Assembly: GCA_031409335.1 (NCBI GenBank) | Contig: JANNWY010000050.1 | Location: forward strand, 1 to 15,334 | Reading direction: 5' to 3' | Source of the DNA: Chthoniobacteraceae bacterium | GTDB lineage: Bacteria; Verrucomicrobiota; Verrucomicrobiia; Chthoniobacterales; Chthoniobacteraceae | Length of the DNA stretch: 15,334 nt | In this document: piece after piece, positions 1-6,725 of the stretch | Numbering within the stretch: the first letter of the stretch is position 1 | Layout: every line of letters starts with the position of its first letter | Made by a program: the position numbers and the translations under genes | Notes under the pieces: model-generated | What the model saw: only the letters and a program-made list of their open reading frames with translations | What the model was told of the DNA's origin: nothing | Databases searched by the model: none

Positions 1-34
1 GCTGGCGATGCTTGTGCTTGGAATGTTTCGGCAT
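1..34 (-). CDS. 5' end of a gene running off the window (MPKHSKHKHRQ...), product unknown, possibly a transposase
   Basis: ATG at 34 on the minus strand with an open frame to the edge. It is preceded by an AT-rich segment (35-87) unlike the GC-rich surroundings. Only 11 codons are visible. Confidence 0.3.
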   Translation of the reverse strand, partial: MPKHSKHKHRQ

Positions 35-120
35 CCCAAGTGTAAGTAGTTGTACATCAATAAAGTAAAAGTACTATAATCACTGTATTCCGGTGAATTC
101 CCGAAAGGCATTGACCCTAG

Positions 121-257
121 CCCGCATTTCTCACAGTCCTCTGCTTTTCCTCTTCCGCTAAATCTTCCTCTGTCACGCAAGGAGGAAGATTAAGCGGAAG
201 AGAAAGAGGAAGAAGACAGGCTGTGGGCTGGTCCTTTCTGGGTGTGAGAAATGCAGG
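121..257. mobile_element. MITE-like cassette: terminal inverted repeats enclosing a hairpin
   Basis: ctagcccgcatttctcaca (117-135) matches the reverse complement of tgtgagaaatgcaggttag (243-261) at 17/19. The flanks ctag/ttag could be a 4-bp target duplication. An internal stem 150-170/182-202 pairs at 20/21. Confidence 0.6.
150..202. repeat. Purine/pyrimidine-strand palindrome (REP-like hairpin)
   Basis: ctcttccgctaaatcttcctc (150-170) and gaggaagattaagcggaagag (182-202) pair at 20/21 around an 11-nt loop. Confidence 0.8.
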
Positions 258-259
258 TT

Positions 260-313
260 AGAGGCCGTCACTCCGGCAGACTCGCGCAGGTCCTGAGCTT
301 TTTCACAGCCTCT
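260..313. repeat. Short degenerate inverted-repeat element abutting the previous cassette
   Basis: agaggccgt (260-268) and acagcctct (305-313) pair at 8/9. The right end reads AGAGGCTGTGAAAAAG on the minus strand, resembling an IS end. Confidence 0.3.
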
Positions 314-366
314 GGCTGAGAGTCTCGCCCCGCTCCTCGAACGGGAACCGAACGATCACCAACGTC

Positions 367-903
367 CTATTTCGAGCGCCGGCTGGTCTTGGCGGCGGGC
401 GCTTTTCGTGTCGGCGCTGCTTTTTTGGAAGCGGGAGCCTTCTTTGAGATCGGGGCTTTCTTCAAAGGCGGTGCTTGCTTTGCGACCGCGGCTTTCTTCA
501 CCACGGGCGCTTTTTTCGGAGCGGGCGCTTTTTTCGCAACGACAACCGGGGCGGGTGCCGCCGCAGGGATCGCTCCCGGTGTCCGCGCATGGATGCCGGC
601 GGCAAATTTTGCGTTCAATTCGGCGGCGGTTTCCAGAAAGGCGCGGAGCCCGGCGGCGTCGCCGCGGTATTCCTTGCCGGTCTTTTTCACGATCCCTGCG
701 CGGACGAGATTCTGAAGTTTTTCGTAAGCGCGCAGGCGCAGCATTTCCTCGCCGCCCCCGGCCGCATTGCGTTCGCGGAGATTGGCGTGGACGATGTCGA
801 ACAGTGCTTTGAACTCGAAAGAGGCTTTTTTCAAGAGCACTGCTGCCAGTTCCTCTGCGACGCGATCTGGCCCGCGTCTGGAAAAGCCGTAAGTAGTCTT
901 CAT
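367..903 (-). CDS. Basic putative DNA-binding protein, 178 aa: globular N-terminal domain plus Lys/Ala/Pro-rich histone-H1-like tail
   Basis: Start placed at ATG 903 (MKTTYGFSRR), because the ORF extension to 1014 overlaps the divergent promoter region. About 100 aa of helical domain are followed by eight KKAPxx-type hexapeptides. Confidence 0.75.
   Translation of the reverse strand: MKTTYGFSRRGPDRVAEELAAVLLKKASFEFKALFDIVHANLRERNAAGGGEEMLRLRAYEKLQNLVRAGIVKKTGKEYRGDAAGLRAFLETAAELNAKFAAGIHARTPGAIPAAAPAPVVVAKKAPAPKKAPVVKKAAVAKQAPPLKKAPISKKAPASKKAAPTRKAPAAKTSRRSK
391..534 (-). repeat. Eight degenerate 18-bp tandem coding repeats
   Basis: They translate as KKAPAP KKAPVV KKAAVA KQAPPL KKAPIS KKAPAS KKAAPT RKAPAA. 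Confidence 0.85.
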
Positions 904-1000
904 CGACAAATAATGGTCATTTTCACCCAAAGGTCGAGCGTCGTGTGCGTGGAAATGCCAGAAATCGCAATATTCCATGGTTCCTACCCGTTCGGAAGCC

Positions 1001-1030
1001 TTGACCGACGGCAATCCGCGCCAACAACTT
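1001..1030 (+). promoter_or_regulatory. Possible sigma70-type promoter giving a leaderless or near-leaderless mtnA transcript
   Basis: TTGACC (1001-1006), an 18-nt spacer, then CAACTT (1025-1030), 7 nt before ATG 1038. The -10 match is weak. Confidence 0.25.
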
Positions 1031-1037
1031 TGGGAAA

Positions 1038-2141
1038 ATGAACGTCAACGGCACTCCATACCGCACAATTTGGTTCAATGAGTCGAATCACGCGATCCAG
1101 ATCATCGATCAGCGCCGCTTGCCGCATGAATTTGTGATCGAAGACATCCGCACAGTGGAACAAATGGCGACGGCGATCCGCGAGATGCGCGTGCGCGGGG
1201 CGGGGTTGATCGGCGCGGCGGCGGGATATGGAATGTTCCTCGCGGCGACCGAGGCGGGCACCGGCTCCGATTTTGAAGAATCGCTCGCGCGTTTCGCCAG
1301 AATGCTGCTCGCGACGCGGCCCACGGCGGTGAATCTGGCTTGGGCGGTGGAGCGCCAATCGCGCGCGATCCGGGCGGCAAATGGCACCGGGGAAAAGGTG
1401 GCGGCCGCGCTCGCGACCGCCCGCGCGATCGCGGACGAGGATGCCGGGAACTGCCGCCAGATCGGCGCGCACGGGCTCGATTTGATCCGCCGTATTTCCG
1501 AAAAAAAAGCGGGCGCGACGGTGAATGTGCTGACGCATTTCAACGCGGGCTGGCTGGCTTTTGTCGATCACGGTTCGGCGACTTCGCCGATCTATGCCGC
1601 GCACGATCTTGGGATCGCCGTGCATGTGTGGGTGGATGAGACGCGGCCGCGGAATCAAGGTGCAAAACTGACCGCGTGGGAACTCGGTGGGCACGGCGTG
1701 AAGCACACGGTGATCGCCGACAATGCGGGCGGACACTTGATGCAGCACGGGCTCGTCGATCTCGTGATCGTCGGCACCGATCGCACGACGCGCACCGGCG
1801 ATGTCGCGAACAAAATCGGCACCTATCTGAAGGCACTCGCCGCGCAGGATAACGGGGTGCCATTTTACGTGGCGCTGCCGTCGTCCTCCTTCGACTGGAC
1901 GATGCGCGACGGGGTGGGGGAAATCCCGATCGAGGAGCGCGGCGGCGACGAAGTGCGCTGCGCGGATGGCTGGCTCGACGGGCGCGTGGCCGAGGTGCGA
2001 ATCACGCCGGAGCGGAGCCCCGCGGCGAATTACGGATTCGACGTGACGCCCGCGCGGCTCGTGACGGCGCTGATCACCGAGCGCGGCATTTGCGCTGCGG
2101 ATGAGGCGGGAATCCTCGCGCTGTTTCCCGAGCGCGCCTGA
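1038..2141 (+). CDS. mtnA: S-methyl-5-thioribose-1-phosphate isomerase (methionine salvage; eIF2B-alpha-like family)
   Basis: Motifs IIDQRRLP, MRVRGA, RPTAVNL, ETRPRNQGAKLTAWEL, GTDR, DVANKIGTY and NYGFDVTP. It has THFN where the family has THCN. Confidence 0.95.
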   Translation: MNVNGTPYRTIWFNESNHAIQIIDQRRLPHEFVIEDIRTVEQMATAIREMRVRGAGLIGAAAGYGMFLAATEAGTGSDFEESLARFARMLLATRPTAVNLAWAVERQSRAIRAANGTGEKVAAALATARAIADEDAGNCRQIGAHGLDLIRRISEKKAGATVNVLTHFNAGWLAFVDHGSATSPIYAAHDLGIAVHVWVDETRPRNQGAKLTAWELGGHGVKHTVIADNAGGHLMQHGLVDLVIVGTDRTTRTGDVANKIGTYLKALAAQDNGVPFYVALPSSSFDWTMRDGVGEIPIEERGGDEVRCADGWLDGRVAEVRITPERSPAANYGFDVTPARLVTALITERGICAADEAGILALFPERA

Positions 2142-2148
2142 TCGCGGG

Positions 2149-3192
2149 CTAATGCAGATTCGACCGCGCCGGCTGGATGATGGCGCTCATCGTCGTCTCG
2201 CGATCGGATTCCTCCTCAAACGCGAGCGTCGGAATCGGCGCATCCAGCATGCTCGTATTTCCGGCGAGCGGCGACTGCGGCCCGCGCCGCAGGTCGATGA
2301 GCGCCATCGGCGGGACTGCCGATCGCTCACGGAGGGAAAATCCGCCGTCGAGGAGCGCACTGGTGGCGGACGCGAGGAGTTCTCCCGGCAGCCAAAATTC
2401 CGCCGCGACTGGCGGAACCGGTCTTGGCAGTTTCTTCGGAGCCGCCTTTTGCACAGTCGGCAATCCGGCGAAAAGGATGCTTCCGCGAAACGCATTTGCC
2501 GCGCCGAAATCAGCCGGCGTGATCCGCTTCTCCAGAGGCCGCAGCATTTCCGCCACAGGCGAAAGCCGCTGCGCCCCGGCGCGCCCGGTCGTGGCCGCGG
2601 TCTGCGACGCGACGAACACTGTCCGCGGCTGCGGACGCCATTTTGCATAGGACGCCAGACGGTCCTCCGTGATCGTGACCAGCGCGCCCGCGTCCACCAT
2701 TTCGTAGAGCTCGATGACATCCTCCGAGCGCATCCGAATACAGCCCCAGCTCACCGGCTTTCCGATCAGGCTTTCCTCGGTCGTCCCATGAATATAGATG
2801 CCGCGCCCGCGCGCGTTGTCATTCTGCGGCTCGATCCCTTCCAGCCACAAGATGCGCGACACGATCGGATCGCGACCCGGCGCATTGGCGGCCAGGATTT
2901 CACCCGTCGCCGCGCGATTCTTCAGCACCGCCCCCGACGGCAAATCACCGCCCAGTTTTTCCCAAACCCGCATTCTTCCGAGCGGCGTCTTGTAGCTCCC
3001 GTGCGAATCGCCGAGGCCGAAGCGCGAAGTGGAAACTTTGTATTTCTTTAGAAAACCACCGTCGCGCAGCACGACCATCTTCTGCTCAGGAACGCTGATG
3101 ATGACATCCACCGGCCCGGGGTCCGGCTCGGCAGCGCCGCGAGACGCGCAGACGAGCAGAAATAGAAGTGGCAGTGACCGCCGCGGAATCAT
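2149..3192 (-). CDS. L,D-transpeptidase (YkuD family) with signal peptide and a long low-complexity C-terminal extension
   Basis: YKTPLG, IYIHGT and SWGCIRM catalytic motifs. Start placed at ATG 3192 (MIPRRSLPLLFLLVCASRGA, signal-peptide-like). Confidence 0.9.
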   Translation of the reverse strand: MIPRRSLPLLFLLVCASRGAAEPDPGPVDVIISVPEQKMVVLRDGGFLKKYKVSTSRFGLGDSHGSYKTPLGRMRVWEKLGGDLPSGAVLKNRAATGEILAANAPGRDPIVSRILWLEGIEPQNDNARGRGIYIHGTTEESLIGKPVSWGCIRMRSEDVIELYEMVDAGALVTITEDRLASYAKWRPQPRTVFVASQTAATTGRAGAQRLSPVAEMLRPLEKRITPADFGAANAFRGSILFAGLPTVQKAAPKKLPRPVPPVAAEFWLPGELLASATSALLDGGFSLRERSAVPPMALIDLRRGPQSPLAGNTSMLDAPIPTLAFEEESDRETTMSAIIQPARSNLH

Positions 3193-3418
3193 GCGGGGCG
3201 GATGTGAAACGCCACGCGGATGATTGTAAAGCCAAACCGTCAAAGTCACCCGCCGGCAGTTTGCCGCCGCTGATTTTGGATTCAAGGGAAGGCGTTGCCA
3301 CTGCGATTGGCGTTGCTTCTTGAGTCCAGATCGCGCCGTCGGAGTGTGCCCGCGAGTCCGTCGTTTTCGGTGTCGTTTTGTGCTGCGCGCCGCGCCGCGA
3401 TCGGTTTTCCTTGCCGGG

Positions 3419-4846
3419 ATGTCGCTTTCATTCCTGCGCGCGCTTTTGCCCGTCTTGTTGTCCGGCGGAGTCGCCATCGCGGCCGACGCTGGAAAACCGA
3501 ACGTCCTGTTCCTGTTCAGCGACGATCAGCGCGCGGACACCATCGCCGCGCTGGGCAATCCGCTCATCCGCACGCCAAATCTCGACCGGCTCGTGACGCA
3601 GGGCACCACCTTCACCCGCGCGTATTGCATGGGTGCGCAGCAGGGCGCGGTGTGCGTGCCGTCGCGGGCAATGCTGATGACCGGGCGCACGCTGTTTCGC
3701 ATCCAGGAAAACCTCGCGGGGCAGGGGACGTGGCCGGAGATGTTTGCAAAGGCAGGCTACGCCACATTCATGACGGGCAAGTGGCACAACGGCGGCGAAT
3801 CCGCCCGGCGCGTCTTTCAGGAAGGGAAGGCGATCTTCCTCGGCGGCATGGGCGATCCTCGCAAGCTCCCGATCCAGGATATCTCGGCGGCGCACATTTT
3901 TGAAAACAAACGCGCGAGTGGCGATCACTCGGTGCAGGTTTTCGCGGATGCGGCGGTGGAGTTCTTGCAGCGGCAAAAGGGGGCATCGCCGTTTCTGTGT
4001 TACGTGGCCTTCAACGCGCCGCACGATCCGCGCATCGCACCGCCGCCCTTCCACGAGAAATACCGGGCGGCGCTGCCACCGTTGCCGGCAAATTTTCTGC
4101 CGCAACATCCGTTCAACAACGGCGAGCTCGTCATCCGCGATGAGCAACTCGCGCCGTGGCCGCGCTCGCCGGAACTCGTCCGCCAGCATCTCGCCGATTA
4201 CTACGCGTCGATCGAGCACCTCGATTCCCAGATCGGCCGCATCCTCGCCGCGCTGGATGCGAGCGGGCAGGCGGAGAAGACGCTCATCGTCTTTGCCAGC
4301 GATCACGGGCTCGCGATCGGCAGCCACGGACTTTTTGGAAAACAAAATCTCTACGACCACTCGATGCACGCGCCGCTGATCATCGCCGGGCCGGGCGTCC
4401 CGCGCGGGAAAAAGTCCGACGCACTGTGTTACCTGCTCGATATTTTTCCCTCGCTCGGAGCGCTCGCGGGGATCGCGCCGCCGGAAGGCAGTGAAGGGCG
4501 CAGCCTCGCGCCATTGCTCGCGGGTGGCACGGAGCCGCCGCGCGACGTGCTGCTCACCGCATACATGAAAGTGCAGCGCGCCATCCGCGACGATCGCTGG
4601 AAGCTGATCGTTTATCCGCTCGTGAATAAAACGCAGCTCTTCGACCTGCGCGCAGATCCCGCGGAATTGCGCGATCTCGCCGGCGATCCGCAGCATGTCG
4701 GGGAGGTGCAACGTCTGACTGCGCGCCTGCAGGCGGAGCAAAAGCTGGTGGACGATCCGCTGCCGCTCACGACCGCGGATCCGCAGCCGCTGGAGTTCGA
4801 TTTTTCCAAAGTGAAACGCAACCCAAAGGCTTCCACCGGGAAGTAA
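3419..4846 (+). CDS. Exported Cys-type sulfatase (family S1)
   Basis: KPNVLFLFSDDQR, CVPSRAMLMTGR (CxPxR), GKWH, APHDP and SDHG...HGLFGKQ motifs. Start placed at ATG 3419, which gives a signal peptide. Confidence 0.93.
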   Translation: MSLSFLRALLPVLLSGGVAIAADAGKPNVLFLFSDDQRADTIAALGNPLIRTPNLDRLVTQGTTFTRAYCMGAQQGAVCVPSRAMLMTGRTLFRIQENLAGQGTWPEMFAKAGYATFMTGKWHNGGESARRVFQEGKAIFLGGMGDPRKLPIQDISAAHIFENKRASGDHSVQVFADAAVEFLQRQKGASPFLCYVAFNAPHDPRIAPPPFHEKYRAALPPLPANFLPQHPFNNGELVIRDEQLAPWPRSPELVRQHLADYYASIEHLDSQIGRILAALDASGQAEKTLIVFASDHGLAIGSHGLFGKQNLYDHSMHAPLIIAGPGVPRGKKSDALCYLLDIFPSLGALAGIAPPEGSEGRSLAPLLAGGTEPPRDVLLTAYMKVQRAIRDDRWKLIVYPLVNKTQLFDLRADPAELRDLAGDPQHVGEVQRLTARLQAEQKLVDDPLPLTTADPQPLEFDFSKVKRNPKASTGK

Positions 4847-4853
4847 ACGCCCC

Positions 4854-6707
4854 ATGAAAATCATTGCCATCCACGCGCTCGCGGCGCTGTTGCTCGCGCC
4901 GCTCACACCGATCCGCGCTGCGGAGAAACGACCGAACATTCTCTGGCTCGTGAACGAAGATCACGGGCCGCACGTCGGCTGTTACGGCGACGATTTTGCG
5001 ATCACGCCGACCTTCGACGCGCTCGCGAAACGCGCGCTGCGCTACACCCGCTGCTGGTCGAATGCACCCGTCTGCGCGCCATCGCGCACGACGCTGATCA
5101 CCGGCCTTTACGCAAGCAGCGCGGGCGGCGAGCACATGCGGAGCAGCGTGCCTTTTCCCGCGGGAAAAAAGGCGTATCCGCAACTGCTGCGCGAGGCGGG
5201 CTACTACTGCACGAATAACGCGAAGGAGGATTACAACGTCAGCTTTGCTGGAAAAATCTGGGACGAATCATCGAAGCAAGCGCACTGGCGCAATCGCCCG
5301 GATGGGACGCCGTTCATGTCTGTGTTCAATTCGGAGAAGAGTCACGAGAGCCAGATTCGCAGACGCCCGCACACGCCCGTCCATGATCCCGCGAAAGTGC
5401 GCGTGCCGGCGTATCATCCCGACACGCCGGAGGTGCGCCGCGACTGGGCGCAATACTACGACGGCGTGAGCGCTGCCGATGCGGATTCGGGCGCGCGTTT
5501 GCAGGAACTCGCGGACGCCGGGCTCGCGGAAGAAACGATCGTTTTCTACTACGCCGACCACGGCTCGGGCATGCCGGGAAACAAACGCTGGCCGCTCAAT
5601 CGCGGGCTGCACGTGCCGCTCATTGTTTATATCCCGGAGAAATTCGCGGAGCTGCGTCCGCCGGAATACACGGCGGGTGGCACTGCGGACCGGCTCGTGA
5701 GTTTCGTGGATTTCGCGCCGACGCTGTGCAGCCTCGCGGGCGTGCCGCCGCCGGAGTGGCTGCAAGGTCATGCGTTCCTCGGGAAGTTCGCGGCACCACC
5801 GCAGCCGTTCCTGTTCGGCTTTCGCGGGCGGATGGATGAGCGCGTGGATTGCGTGCGCAGCGCGACGGATGGGCGCTTTGTGTATGCGCGGAATTTTCGC
5901 CCCGACAAAATCTACGGCCAGCATCTCGCGTACATGTGGGAGACGCCGACGACGGTCGTGTGGGCGCGGATGTTTCGCGAGGGAAAGCTCGATGCGGTGC
6001 AGTCGTATTTTTGGAAAACAAAACCCGCCGAGGAACTCTACGATCTTCAGACCGATCGCGATGAAGTCCGCAATCTCGCCACCGCGCCGGAACATCGCGC
6101 CGTGCTGGAAAAGCTCCGCGCAGCGCTCCGCGAAAACGAAACGCGCATCCACGACGCGGGCCTGCTGCCCGAGGGGGAAATGCACCGCCGCAGCGCGAAT
6201 GGCTCGCCATACGACTTCGCGCGCGATGCCGGGAAGCTCGATTTCGCGAAGCTCTACGACATCGCCGACCGCGCCTCCTCGCTCGCGCCCGATGCCACAC
6301 CAGCGCTGATCGTCGCGCTCGGCGAGGCGGACAGCGGCATCCGCTGTTGGGCCGCCCTCGGCCTGCTCATGCGCGGTGCCGATGCCGTGAAAGGCGGGCA
6401 CGCTGCGCTCATCAAAGCGCTCGAAGATTCCACGCCCGACGTGCGCATCACCGCCGCGGAAGCGCTCGGTCGTTACGGCAGCGAAGCCGATCTCGCCCGC
6501 ATCCTTCCGCTGCTCGCGGAAGCCGCCGACTGGTCGAAAAACGATGTCTTCACCGCGATGGCCGCGCTCCACGCGATCACCGCGCTCGGCGAAAAAGCCG
6601 CGCCGCTCGCCGCCACGCTGAAGGCGCTGCCGACAAAAGGTCCCGCGCCGCACCCGCGTTTCGACGAATACATCCCGCGCCTGCTTGAGGAATTGCGCGA
6701 ACGCTGA
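4854..6707 (+). CDS. Exported Cys-type sulfatase (family S1) with C-terminal HEAT-like repeats
   Basis: Signal peptide, RPNILWLVNED, CAPSRTTLITG and ADHG motifs. C-terminal LGEADSGIRCWAALGL and LEDSTPDVRITAAEALG repeats. Starts 7 bp after the first sulfatase. Confidence 0.93.
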   Translation: MKIIAIHALAALLLAPLTPIRAAEKRPNILWLVNEDHGPHVGCYGDDFAITPTFDALAKRALRYTRCWSNAPVCAPSRTTLITGLYASSAGGEHMRSSVPFPAGKKAYPQLLREAGYYCTNNAKEDYNVSFAGKIWDESSKQAHWRNRPDGTPFMSVFNSEKSHESQIRRRPHTPVHDPAKVRVPAYHPDTPEVRRDWAQYYDGVSAADADSGARLQELADAGLAEETIVFYYADHGSGMPGNKRWPLNRGLHVPLIVYIPEKFAELRPPEYTAGGTADRLVSFVDFAPTLCSLAGVPPPEWLQGHAFLGKFAAPPQPFLFGFRGRMDERVDCVRSATDGRFVYARNFRPDKIYGQHLAYMWETPTTVVWARMFREGKLDAVQSYFWKTKPAEELYDLQTDRDEVRNLATAPEHRAVLEKLRAALRENETRIHDAGLLPEGEMHRRSANGSPYDFARDAGKLDFAKLYDIADRASSLAPDATPALIVALGEADSGIRCWAALGLLMRGADAVKGGHAALIKALEDSTPDVRITAAEALGRYGSEADLARILPLLAEAADWSKNDVFTAMAALHAITALGEKAAPLAATLKALPTKGPAPHPRFDEYIPRLLEELRER

Positions 6708-6725
6708 CAGCACTCCGCACCGGTT

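Noticed and set aside
946..961. Sigma54-like TGGCA...GCA motif upstream of the H1-like gene
   Set aside because: The GG-to-GC spacing is 9 nt rather than the required 10.
3193..3477. N-terminal ORF extensions of the transpeptidase (to 3477) and the first sulfatase (from 3320)
   Set aside because: The two extensions would overlap each other, and the downstream ATGs at 3192 and 3419 give clean signal peptides.
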